62,732 nucleotides of DNA, filler included, from Barthelona sp. PAP020 (GCA_040182905.1; 9 parts of 9 records of this genome joined end to end with filler, not necessarily neighbours in it), one strand, 5' to 3'. Counted from the whole stretch's first letter, positions 32,745 to 43,289 are shown. Program-made: numbers and translations. The notes: generated from the sequence alone by a model not told the origin.

Positions 32745-33170
32745 CTTTTTTTAAATTTTGGCTAGAAGAAATTTTCGATAATCCAAAAAAAATTGCTTTA
32801 AATTATAAAAAATTTTCATTTTTTTATTCATTTTTTGGATCAATGATATGTGTGGCAGGGTTTTAAAGTTTTTGAAAAGGATTTAACTGGGGGGGGTAGA
32901 AAAGAGACAATTATCCACATCTTTAAGAGATAAGCTTTATCTTTGTCAATTTTTAATAAAATGTAAGAAAAAAATCACCTGTTTCCAATGCAGAACAGAA
33001 GTGAATTACCTAATTCCTTTTTTCATTTTCAAATTATTAGAAGATAAAATAATATCACTATTAATTTAGTGATATTTTCAAAAACATATGAGTTTGATAA
33101 TTTACTAAAGTTAGTAGAAAAAAAGTGTTAGGTTTCAATAGATTGTTTTTATTGTTTTATTTATTAAGTT

Positions 33171-33833
33171 ATGGTAGCCAGTTTTAATATTTTTCGTATT
33201 TGTGGTGATATTTCACATGTTTTAAGTTTTATATACTTGTTTAAACAGATTTTAAAAACACGTTCTTTCAAAGGAATATCTGTAGAAACTCATACATTAT
33301 ATTTAACTGTTTTTTTAACACGTTATATTGACCTTTTTTTTAGATTTAAAAGCAACATTTACAATTCTTTAATGAAAATTTTGTTAATCAGTTCAACAGC
33401 GATTATTGTTTATTATTATAATGTTTTAACACATAAAGAAGATAAACGTAGAAAACTCGAATTAAAAAAATTGTGGGTATATGTTGTTCCTTGTTTGGTT
33501 CTTGCTTTGGTTTGGCATTATAATTTTTCTTTAACTGAAGTCTTGTATGCCTTCTCTTTATATTTGGAAGCCATTGCCATTTTACCACAAATTATGTTAT
33601 TACAAAGGTCAAAAGCAATTAACAATTTGACTGCACAATACGTTGCCTTTTTAGGTGCTTATCGTTTCTTTTACATATTAAATTGGATTTATCGTTATGT
33701 GACCAATCCAAGTTACAGAGGATTCTATATAACTTGGTTTTCAGGAATAATTCAGACAGTGTTATATTGTGATTTCTTTTATTATTATTTAAAAGCAAAG
33801 TTAGTCGGAAAAGAGTTTGTTTTACCTATGTGA
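33171..33833 (+). CDS. ERD2: ER lumen protein-retaining (KDEL/HDEL) receptor
   Basis: NIFRICGDISH, GIS..T..LY..VFLTRYIDL, FSLYLEAIAILPQ, LGAYRFFYILNWIYRY, QTVLYCDFFYYY. Confidence 0.97.
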   Translation: MVASFNIFRICGDISHVLSFIYLFKQILKTRSFKGISVETHTLYLTVFLTRYIDLFFRFKSNIYNSLMKILLISSTAIIVYYYNVLTHKEDKRRKLELKKLWVYVVPCLVLALVWHYNFSLTEVLYAFSLYLEAIAILPQIMLLQRSKAINNLTAQYVAFLGAYRFFYILNWIYRYVTNPSYRGFYITWFSGIIQTVLYCDFFYYYLKAKLVGKEFVLPM

Positions 33834-33982
33834 CAAAATTGAAATAAATGTGTGAGATTTTTTCTTTGCCAAAGTATTTTCATCAGTCTTCGCAACTATC
33901 AAAATGATTGATTATTAATAAAAAAGAAATAAAAAATAGAAATGGTTAACGTAAACAAGACTATATTTATATTGACAAGAAA

Positions 33983-34417
33983 TTAATTGTGAATATCACG
34001 ATATTTGTTTAATATTTGAATAATATCATCCAATTCTGCTACTTCCAAATCACTCAATGAAGGAACAACCTCACGAGCCTTTTCATTATCCTCTGGTAAA
34101 TAATTTATCAATTGAGCAACTTCAAAATTGTTCAAAGTTTCAGTTTCAACATAAGAACTAAGTTCATTTCTAATTTCTTCAACTTCTTCCTTTGTCCAAG
34201 GATTTATTTGATGAATTAAATTAATTGAACTTCTAAAGAGCAAAAAATTATCAGTAGAAAGTGCTTGATGATCATTGGAAATCATCTGATGTCTTTTTTC
34301 AATAAAGTCAAAAACCTCAGCAATCGTCAAACATTGTGCATCCAAAAAATTCGCTAAAAATTAGCCAAATGTATAAAAATAAATCACACATTCATTCAAT
34401 TCAAAGGCATTGGACAT
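33983..34417 (-). CDS. RPB4: RNA polymerase Rpb4-family subunit (RPB4 more likely than RPC17); exons 34390-34417 and 33983-34353
   Basis: Spliced MSNAFELNESNFLDAQCLTIAEV..; HRDC-like LNNFEVAQLINYLPE..AREVVPSL. Confidence 0.8.
34354..34389 (-). other. spliceosomal intron, 36 nt (RPB4)
   Basis: GTGTGA...CTAAT-TTT-TAG; contains an in-frame TAA; removal supplies the missing ATG exon in frame. Confidence 0.8.
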
Positions 34418-34515
34418 TTAAAAAGAATCATCAAGGAAAAAAGGAAACAAAAAAAAGTTAAAAATTTTGAACCATTTTCAAAGAAAAAATTTTTTTGTTT
34501 ATTTACTGTTTAGAA

Positions 34516-34973
34516 AGTATCTCAAGTACCATTTTCAAAACTAACACTTAGTGGCACGCCGTCCTGCTCGTTGTTACAGATATATTAAGAACAAACCTTA
34601 TCCCAAATCTGACTACCTTCGTGGTGTTCCCGATGCCAGAATTCGTCGTTTTGAAATTGCAAACAAGAAAGCTCACATTGATCACTTCCCTTGTGCTGTT
34701 CATTTAATTTCTCGTGAACGTGAACAAGTTTCTTCTGAAGCTATTGAAGCTGCTCGTATTTGTGCCAACAAATACATGATCACTAAGACTGATCGTGAAA
34801 AATATCACATTCGTATTCGTGTCCATCCTTATCATATTCTCCGTATCAATAAGATGCTTTCAGTCGCTGGTGCTGATAGACTTCAAACTGGTATGCGTGG
34901 TGCTTATGGTAAGCCTGTTGGTGTTATTGCTCGTGTTGGAATGGGTTCTCCTCTTGTTTCCATCCGTTGTAAG
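34516..34973 (+). CDS. RPL10: 60S ribosomal protein uL16/L10 (partial at 3'); start codon split by an intron (A 34516 + TG 34552-34553)
   Basis: [45 protein letters not shown]; no contiguous ATG, splicing creates it. Confidence 0.95.
34517..34551 (+). other. spliceosomal intron, 35 nt (RPL10; alternative donor at 34526 would give 26 nt)
   Basis: GTATCT...ACTAAC-ACT-TAG. Confidence 0.85.
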
Positions 34974-35073
34974 NNNNNNNNNNNNNNNNNNNNNNNNNNN
35001 NNNNNNNNNNNNNNNNNTTAATTAATTAANNNNNNNNNNNNNNNNNNNNNNNNNNNNNNNNNNNNNNNNNNNN
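34974..35073. other. artificial contig spacer
   Basis: N44-TTAATTAATTAA-N44. Confidence 0.97.
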
Positions 35074-35227
35074 CTCCCAAGCCAAAAGATTGATAAATTT
35101 GTTGAATCAAACTCAAATTGGAGAGCGTGAAATTCGTGCCATTCTTTATTAAATGTGCAATTTATAAATGATTATTGTTAAAAAATTTTTTTTGTCTGTT
35201 AATCGTTTTCAGAACCATATCTATCAC

Positions 35228-36565
35228 ATGAATATCAATGAAGATGATGCTGTAATTCAATTAAATGAATTGAAATCTTTGGAATCACGAGAAACGAATA
35301 TAAATGTTGAAAATCAAATCAACAAAGCTGAAACTGCACATATTAGATGGTGTCGAATTGTTTTGATGATTTTAATGAGTATAACGGTTTTTCCTATAAC
35401 TTTGTTTTACATTCATGATCGAATTTCTTTTGCTTTTTCTTTATTTTTTGAAGAATCAAACACTTCTAAATTCAGAAACTTTCTTGGTATTTTTCTTGTT
35501 ATATGCACTTTGTTAGCCTTTTTTGGGATGTTTATGGTTGCTTACAGAAATAATTTTGTTGTAAGATTAACTACTTTTGGTGCTCATATTTACATGGCTT
35601 TTTATGCGATTATATTTTTTGGCATTTTATTTTTACATATAATTGATCTGATTAGTTCTTTCCTTTTGAAATTATTCACTGATTTTGAAATTTTATCAAT
35701 TTTAAATATTAAAAGACATGTTTATGGGATAGGAATTATACTTTTGTTAGTATATATAATTATGATGTTTTGCATTCGCTTAATATTTGTGCCGGGGATT
35801 TATCCAAGTTCTGTACAATCCTTGTCCTATCAAAACTTGTCTTCAGAGCTGGAAGGTTTTAAAATTTCTCACATGGGTGATTTACACATTGACGGGATTT
35901 TTGGACATGTGAGTTATGCTCAAGGTTTAGCTGATGCAGTTAAAAGAGCTAATTCTGATCTGTGTTGTATTACTGGTGACTTAGTTGATACATCTTATGA
36001 TCAAATTTTACCTTATGGGAATCAATTTGTATCTTTGGGACAAGCAGCGACAGATGTTCTTGCTTGTACAGGAAACCATGAATATTATCCAACTCCTGCG
36101 GAAACCATTAAAAAGGTTCAATTTATGACTGAAAAGGGAGTTATCTTTCTCAACAATACTTTTAAAGTTATAGAACGTGGTAATTCTAGAATTTACGTTG
36201 TCGGAATTGAAGACATCTTTGCTTACTCCAAATTTGAGCAATTATTTGTTGATTTGAATTTAAAGACGTTGTCAGAAGATAGCAACAATTTTATAATTGT
36301 GATGGTCCATAAGCCTCACAGTGGCTTGTTAGATTTAGCCAATAAACATGGAATACATCTGGTGTTATGTGCTCATGTTCATAAAGGTCAATTTGCTCCT
36401 TTTAACGTTATTGTTAAGTTTATGTGGGAGTATTTTTATGGTTTATATGAGTTGAACGATTCCAAATTGTATGTAACCAGTGGTGCTGGAACTTGGGGTC
36501 CTCCTCTAAGGAGTCTGACGGCAATGCCTGAAATTTCTGTTTTTGAGCTTAAAAAACAAGAGTAG
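35228..36565 (+). CDS. membrane-anchored metallophosphoesterase (YkuE/TMPPE-like), paralog of 2019-3287
   Basis: GDLH, TGDLVD, CTGNHEYYP, HKP, AHVHKGQ, TSGAGTWGPPLR; ATG 35228 preferred (upstream in-frame ATG at 35168). Confidence 0.9.
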   Translation: MNINEDDAVIQLNELKSLESRETNINVENQINKAETAHIRWCRIVLMILMSITVFPITLFYIHDRISFAFSLFFEESNTSKFRNFLGIFLVICTLLAFFGMFMVAYRNNFVVRLTTFGAHIYMAFYAIIFFGILFLHIIDLISSFLLKLFTDFEILSILNIKRHVYGIGIILLLVYIIMMFCIRLIFVPGIYPSSVQSLSYQNLSSELEGFKISHMGDLHIDGIFGHVSYAQGLADAVKRANSDLCCITGDLVDTSYDQILPYGNQFVSLGQAATDVLACTGNHEYYPTPAETIKKVQFMTEKGVIFLNNTFKVIERGNSRIYVVGIEDIFAYSKFEQLFVDLNLKTLSEDSNNFIIVMVHKPHSGLLDLANKHGIHLVLCAHVHKGQFAPFNVIVKFMWEYFYGLYELNDSKLYVTSGAGTWGPPLRSLTAMPEISVFELKKQE

Positions 36566-36658
36566 TTTGAATTCGTTAATCTTTATTTTCATTATGTTGA
36601 AGGCTTTTAATGCTTTGGCAGTATTATTAGCAAAAGACGAACAATAAGCTGGCACGAA

Positions 36659-37888
36659 TTACTTTTTGCTTTGTGTATTTTCATTTTCTGGCAGGGGAAA
36701 GGGTGATAACTTTACAAAATTTTTACTCGGGTGAAATTCAAAGAAATTTTTTGTTTCAAACACTTTGGGTTGAAATAAAGCTGAATTGTGAGGGTTACAT
36801 CTTTCTTTGGATTCAAATTGAGGAGGCCTTTTCAAAGCACAACGTTCCGTTTTGTGATCACCTACATTTGCTTGATTCCTCTTGTTTGAATGGATAAATG
36901 AAATGAATTGTTTTTGTGTGGGGTTTTGAGGCTTTTTAAAGGGCAAAGTTGTTCTTTCAACACCTAACAATGTCTTTCTTTCCAAAAATGGCTTCAAAGT
37001 CAAATCAGTATTTTTAACTTTCCAATCCTTTTCAAAATTCAAATTTCGAGTGTTGATTAAAGGGTTGATCATTCTATCTTTTAATCTTGATGGTAGATAA
37101 TTTTCTTTATAGATCCTGTTCTTTTGTTTTTGATATCCTCGCTTTTTAATCAAATTGGTTTGATTTGTCAAAATACTATTGATTATTGTTCGTATCTGAT
37201 GATGTAAATTTTCACAATTTTTTATTAATCTTAAAAATATCAAGATCTCCTTATCTACCGCTTTTGTAGCGCTGATATTTACAATGATACTCAATAGAAA
37301 TATTTGAAAGAAATCAATAGTACATAACCAACTTATATCTTCCTTTTTGTAATGTTTCAATTTGAATGCGAATCGTTTAATGCAAGATATTGAAGCTTCT
37401 GTATCAGGTGTAATGAACCCATAGAATAAAACATAAAGTGTTTTCATGAATGAATCATGAACATCTTTTGAAAAAAAATTCTTTTTTTGTTTGTCCAACA
37501 AACAACTTTTATTTTTTACCAACTCATCAAAAAATATAATGAATAGCCGAAAAAATCTTTGAATAACAGCTTTTCTATCTGAAAGAATAAAATCTTCCTT
37601 CCCTTCATGAATTAACATTTCATAATGTTCATTTATGAAATTTACACTGATAAAATTAATTCTGCTTATAAATCCATCATTTAAACTTTCAATTTCTTTT
37701 TCAATTTCTTCACATAATCTGCAAATTATATCTTTATCCTTAATCTTTTTTATTGGTATCAAATCTTGCGAATAAACTCCAAATTTACTCAACTCAATAG
37801 AACCTGTTTCACAAATATTTATCATTTGTTCGATTATTTCAATCGTGCAAGACACTCCAGAAAATTCATCACTTCTTTTGTATTTCAT
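36659..37888 (-). CDS. hypothetical protein
   Basis: 409-aa ORF, helical N-terminal half, basic disordered C-terminus; no recognised domain. Confidence 0.65.
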   Translation of the reverse strand: MKYKRSDEFSGVSCTIEIIEQMINICETGSIELSKFGVYSQDLIPIKKIKDKDIICRLCEEIEKEIESLNDGFISRINFISVNFINEHYEMLIHEGKEDFILSDRKAVIQRFFRLFIIFFDELVKNKSCLLDKQKKNFFSKDVHDSFMKTLYVLFYGFITPDTEASISCIKRFAFKLKHYKKEDISWLCTIDFFQIFLLSIIVNISATKAVDKEILIFLRLIKNCENLHHQIRTIINSILTNQTNLIKKRGYQKQKNRIYKENYLPSRLKDRMINPLINTRNLNFEKDWKVKNTDLTLKPFLERKTLLGVERTTLPFKKPQNPTQKQFISFIHSNKRNQANVGDHKTERCALKRPPQFESKERCNPHNSALFQPKVFETKNFFEFHPSKNFVKLSPFPLPENENTQSKK

Positions 37889-38029
37889 TAATATAAACAG
37901 GTTATTTTCATCATCAAAAATGTTTCACATGAAAAAAATGAAAAATAACACTGTGAACAAAATTCTTTTGGAAAATAACAAAACCTGAACTAAATTTTTA
38001 TATGGTTAGTATCCTGAGTTGTAAACAAC

Positions 38030-38417
38030 TTAAGCAGTAACGGCATAAACACGCTTGGGAAAAGCCTTTTCACGCTTAATTTGTCTGGGGACCTTAGCGT
38101 TAAGTTGCTTTTCAGAAAGTTGACGACGCATAGCACGAGTAAACTTACGACGAATAATAATAGGCTTCAAAGACTTTCCCTTATATTCTTCGCGAAGTTC
38201 GGCAAGTTGAATTTGACGAATACTTGTATTGATCTTTGCAATACCCTTACGAGTATTAGAGATCTTTAAAAGCTTTTTAGCACCTCCGGATCCAGTAACC
38301 TTATCAAGACGAAGACCCAAGAGTTGACGTTTTTGTTCGGCAAGTTGCTTTCTTAAATCGGCAATAGTAGTATCAACTAACATGTTAGAAAACGAAAATA
38401 GTCAAAAACTAACCCAT
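38030..38417 (-). CDS. RPL35: 60S ribosomal protein uL29/L35; exons 38414-38417 and 38030-38376
   Basis: LRLDKVTG..KLLKISNTRKGIAKINT..LREEYKGK..P..RRKFTRAMRRQL..FPKRVYAVTA; spliced start MVDTT. Confidence 0.95.
38377..38413 (-). other. spliceosomal intron, 37 nt (RPL35)
   Basis: ATGG|GTTAGT...CTAAC-ATGT-TAG|TTGAT. Confidence 0.85.
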
Positions 38418-39049
38418 TATTATTCAGGTAATGTGTTTTTTAGAAACAAAAATGGAAAAAATTTTTGTAAATTTTGGAGAAATTCTCTTCTTTTTTTGAA
38501 CATTCCTAAATATCATTGTGTCTTTTATTTCAATCAAATAATAGAAGATAAATATTTTTAACATTTATTTGAAACTTTTGTAAAATTGTTTTTTTTTCAT
38601 ATTCCTTTAAAATCATTTATCAAACTTCAAATTGAGGAATTATTTGTAACAAAATGCAAAAGAACAGAGATAAAAGTCATTAATTGTTATTCTCTCGTTT
38701 TTGAATGAAGTATGTTCTTCTTCATGTTGACAATAATCTATAAAAGAATGAGAGTTTAATTAAAAAAAGAAAAGACAAGAAAATTGAAACAACAGTAATA
38801 TTTATATGAAAAAAAAAAAAAATGCTCACATATCAAGTATCCAGTCGAAATTTTGATAAGAGATTTGAAGCTTCATCCAAGAGAATGATTGCTAATACTA
38901 CCCACAATAATAAGGTCTTTTTATTCGACACAGACAATAGAGCACTTGATTCAGACCAAAAGAAAATTATTAATCAAGTTTGTTAAAGAATAAAAAAGAG
39001 AATCAATAAAAGTAGGGCTGGAGAAGCTGTACAAATTCTGAATGACAAA

Positions 39050-39330
39050 GGCTTTGACATCATCCATTGGTGTTCATCTTTGTTTGAAATTGAGATTTAC
39101 ATTGTCAACATTAATTAATAGAAGTTTTAATGTGCCAAGATAACTATTTTGACAACTGATGTACAACATAAACTTATTATCATTCCAACACAAATTTACA
39201 TCAGCCCTATGATCCAAAAGCATTTTTGCAAAATCAAAATGACGATTTGAACAATAAAGAACCAATTGAGAAGCGCCATTATCATACAAATTTGTATCAG
39301 TTCAATGATCTAATATGAACTTTGAAAAAA
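39050..39330 (-). pseudogene. decayed ankyrin-repeat gene
   Basis: One frame reads KFILDH*TDTNLYDNGASQL..KMLLDHRADVNL..LYISCQNSYLGTLKLLL..VNLNFKQR*TPMD, i.e. ankyrin consensus with two in-frame TGA stops and no ATG start. Confidence 0.7.
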
Positions 39331-40154
39331 TGACTGCCTGCTCCCATTTTATGTTTTTGTAAAAGTAACATTTCTTGTTTGCCCGCCAACAGCGTTGTGC
39401 GTATGAATGAACAAGAAATATAACGTTTGTTTGGTTAAATGCTTTCGAGGCCTGATTGGTTGAAAAACTGTAAATTTTCTTAGGTAAAGTTAAAGAGCTG
39501 GGATAAAAATATTGTGCGAAATTTATGCTTGCTTGTCAAAATTGAACTTTCCCGGTTCATTTCTATCTCAAGACTTTACTTTCCCTAAATATTCAACGAT
39601 GAGATTTCTTCGTTTCTTTTTTCTGAAAGTTAAATGAGTTGAACTTGAACCAAAGAATTGGCTTAAAGTTTTGAGCCTTGATTTATCAAACGTTCTTCAA
39701 ATTTTGTAAATACCAAATTTCTGTTGAAAGAACAAAAAAACAGCAAACTTATTGGTGAACTAAGGGTATAAAGTCATTGATATGGAATTCAAAGAGTCAT
39801 GTTCAATAGATAACATGCTTCATTGTACTTTACTTATTAATAAGTGCTCATGACACCCAATCAGTTGAATTGATTCAAATAAACAGGTGTTTATTCAAAT
39901 AATGAAACATCGCGAAAACAAGAGGATAAAAGTCTGAGGGATGGAATTTCTCAAATCATTCAGTTGTTTTGGTCTCATTTGGTTGAAATATAACTGATGT
40001 TGTTGTTATATATGGAGTGACTTGCGTAGTAAAAGAACAGGATTGAAATGAAAAAAAAGATGAAATAAAAATGTGTTTTAAAATCTGTTGCAAAACTTGA
40101 GAAGTAAGGTGAAAAATGTAATCATGGATATAAACCCAAAATGCAAACTGAGTT

Positions 40155-41138
40155 TTACAGGTTTGAAGCAATGAATTCTTGGATTGAGACTTCATTCTCA
40201 TTATTCCAACCACTACTCAATAAACGAGTTCCATCATGCTTGAGGGCTAAAGCTTGAATAGAAAAAGGCACATCCACTTTCTGCAACACTTGACCTGTTT
40301 CTCTTCGAATCACAGCAAATGATCCATCAGAAGAACCAGAATAGATTAATGAGCCATCTTGGGACAATATGATTGAGTATATCCAACCATTATGAACCTT
40401 GAACTTTCCCAACCGCTCTCTCGATTCAACATCAAATATCCTAACTATACCATCTTTATCACCTGTTACCCAATAAGCACCATTGGGTGAGAAATTGTTT
40501 GATATGATCCACTGTCCATCATGACTCCAAGTGTGAAGCTCTTCATATGTCTCCAATGAAAACAACTTAGAACATCCATCATGGCTGACAGAAGCAAAGT
40601 ACTTCATATCAGGGCTGATACGTATGGACCAAACATATTTTTTATGAGCTTTAGATTCATGCAACATCTGTCCTTCCACTGTATATATGGCCATGTAACC
40701 ATATTCCATGCCAAAAGAAAGCAATTTGCCATCTGGTGAGAACCAAACACGATTTACAATGTTTTTCATGCCCCTGATCACTCTTGCTGTTCTCCAAGTA
40801 TCAACCTCAATGATATGAATTGCTGGACCATCACCACCAATAGCCAATAGTTTGGAGTCTGGGCTAAAATTTAGACCATAAGCCTGTACGTACTGCCCTT
40901 CATGCACAATTTCATGTGTTTCAGCATTGTAAACCCTGAGTAAATTATTCCAATGTCCTGCAACCGCAAAAAAGCGTCCATTAGAGCTGTAATCAATAGC
41001 AAGAACTTGAGTATCAGGAAACCTCCCACTAAACACAGGATTTTCTTCAAAGCTTTCAATTGAACGAACAATTTTTCTGTGTCTCTTTGCACGTCGCTTT
41101 GATCCGTGTGATCTTTGGTTTTCTTCAAAGGTGAACAT
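40155..41138 (-). CDS. WD40-repeat beta-propeller protein
   Basis: About 7 repeats with FSPDGK/ISPD/FSPNG, SHDG, GDKDG..IFDV, GSSDG motifs. Confidence 0.9.
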   Translation of the reverse strand: MFTFEENQRSHGSKRRAKRHRKIVRSIESFEENPVFSGRFPDTQVLAIDYSSNGRFFAVAGHWNNLLRVYNAETHEIVHEGQYVQAYGLNFSPDSKLLAIGGDGPAIHIIEVDTWRTARVIRGMKNIVNRVWFSPDGKLLSFGMEYGYMAIYTVEGQMLHESKAHKKYVWSIRISPDMKYFASVSHDGCSKLFSLETYEELHTWSHDGQWIISNNFSPNGAYWVTGDKDGIVRIFDVESRERLGKFKVHNGWIYSIILSQDGSLIYSGSSDGSFAVIRRETGQVLQKVDVPFSIQALALKHDGTRLLSSGWNNENEVSIQEFIASNL

Positions 41139-41666
41139 GGGTATTAAAAAAAAAAAGAAAATTGAATTTCTTTTTAAAAAATTTCATTTTGCTTTCAGAA
41201 AGATCTCAATTCATTTTTAAATTCCAAATAGTGTTATAATATTTTGTTATATATTTGTTATTTACTTGAAGAACTTTTTAAATGGAGATTTTTTTTTTCC
41301 AAAAGAAATGATTTCTAAATTTGTGAATTTATAAAAACTAACTCGATTCAATATGTATGAGGAATGATTTTTCCCTTGAAAAATGTGTCTTAATGTGGAT
41401 AGACTTCAAATTCCTAATTTTTTGCCGGAGTTCGACATCAAAATACAACAGACAGGCTCATTCTTAATTAAATATATTGGATAACAACAACAATTTACTC
41501 TGACTCTGAATAAATGTGTGAATTTACCCTTGCTTACTTTTTTTTTGAAAATAACTTTAATTATTAGATATTTATGAGGTATGAGTTGTTCAATGAACAA
41601 AGAAACGAGTTAGCTTAAGGTTTGGGAAAAACTCACGTGGATTCCGATACCCAAGTAACTTAAAAA

Positions 41667-41927
41667 ATTGGACCAAAAGATGGTCAAGAAACAACAAATA
41701 GTGGAAGTGATATTTAATGGCCTTTTTATATCTCCAATAAATTCCGTTCATTGAGCATGAACTTCCACATTATTTCTCTAATGGGACCAAAGAAATTATC
41801 AGGGTTTCTCTTCAAATGAATATTGTGGAAGTTCATGCTCAATGAACGGAATTTATTGGAGATATAAAGAGGTCATCAAATATCACTTCCTTTATTTTGT
41901 TGTTTCTTGACCATCTTTAGGTCCAAT
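41667..41927. repeat. long imperfect inverted repeat (arms 41667-41769 and 41824-41927, 54-nt spacer)
   Basis: Left arm ATTGGACC..GAACTTCCACA is the reverse complement of right arm TGTGGAAGTTC..GGTCCAAT with only a handful of differences; right arm runs to the contig end. Confidence 0.95.
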
Positions 41928-42027
41928 NNNNNNNNNNNNNNNNNNNNNNNNNNNNNNNNNNNNNNNNNNNNTTAATTAATTAANNNNNNNNNNNNNNNNN
42001 NNNNNNNNNNNNNNNNNNNNNNNNNNN
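41928..42027. other. artificial contig spacer
   Basis: N44-TTAATTAATTAA-N44. Confidence 0.97.
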
Positions 42028-43035
42028 ATTTATGGTAGGAACACAAACAATATTGTATAACCAACGTAAAAGGGGAGATAAATATTGTTGAAATTCATCA
42101 TCATCAAACGAAACAATTGAGCACTCTGTGATAGCTATACAAAGCTCAGCAACAGCAATGGCATCTTCTTTTCTGGAACTGTCAAACATAATTTCAACAA
42201 GAGAATCAACATTTGTCAACAAAGAGGTTAAAAACGTGTTTCTTAAAGTTATGTGCTGTGGAATTTGAAAACCTATATATATTTCTGTCAAAGCTTTGGC
42301 AGCATCCAAACAATATTCACTGAAGACAACACTATCCAAAAATATTTCCAGCAAATCACCATTTTCAGCAAAAACATCAAAATCTAAGATATTTGCATGG
42401 GCCCATTCTTTGATAGCTTTAAAAATTGTGATTGCCAATTCGGAACTCAACTCAACAGTTTCAATCAACAAAAAATTCTTTAAAAAATCAATCAATGAGT
42501 AAGATAACTCTTGCAAAATCATTTTAGTATGTTGTAAACTAATAACTGAGACATGTTTTGATCTACATCTTCTGGTATATTCCTCGGCAAGCGCAAGATA
42601 AAAATATAAATATTTCAAGGAATCACCAATGCTAAAATATGTATTAAAACTCTCTAAAAAGGCTTGAATATCATCTTCAAAAAATAAACATAATGACCCT
42701 AGACAAGCACTAACTCGATGTACAGCATTTTCATAATCAAAAGAAGAGTCAAAATATTTCCGTAATAAAGGGATGCAACAATTCTTCGCCTGTTCAACAT
42801 CAATATTCTTGAAGAAAACATCTTCAGTAATTTTTAAATACAATATTTGACCTGCATAGAATTGAATATCTCCATCAGGTTGTTGTAATAATTCTAAACA
42901 TATACTCCAACTGTCGGGATGATTTCTAAAATCTAATAAATATTCATGAGCTTGGTTTCTTTCATTATCATTTGATGAATTATAAAATTGTGTAAATGCA
43001 CTAATAACTTCATTTCTTCGTTCATTCATTATCAT
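42028..43035 (-). CDS. importin-beta family karyopherin (transportin-3/importin-13-like), 5' part
   Basis: ERNQAHEYLLDFR..DSWSICLELL..IQFYAGQILYLKI..D (IBN_N domain), LALAEE, helical repeats; truncated by gap. Confidence 0.85.
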
Positions 43036-43289
43036 AAAATAATTTACAAATTGTTGAATACAATTTCTTTCGGCTTCTTTGCTTAATTATTTAAATAAAA
43101 AGTCTTTGGCACTTTATAATCAATATTGCACATTAAGTTTGATCGAATCTATTATGTGAAAATTATGATATCTTCTCATTTTTGATGATGAACTGTATAT
43201 CATCTTGAAATTTTTTGTTAAACGATTTTTTTTTTAAGACTAAAGAAAAGAAACCACCTGTTTGAAACCAAAATAAAAAATTTGAAGAT

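Noticed and set aside
33051..33076. 10-bp inverted repeat AATATCACTA/TAGTGATATT upstream of ERD2
   Set aside because: Short and AT-rich; plausible by chance and no other support
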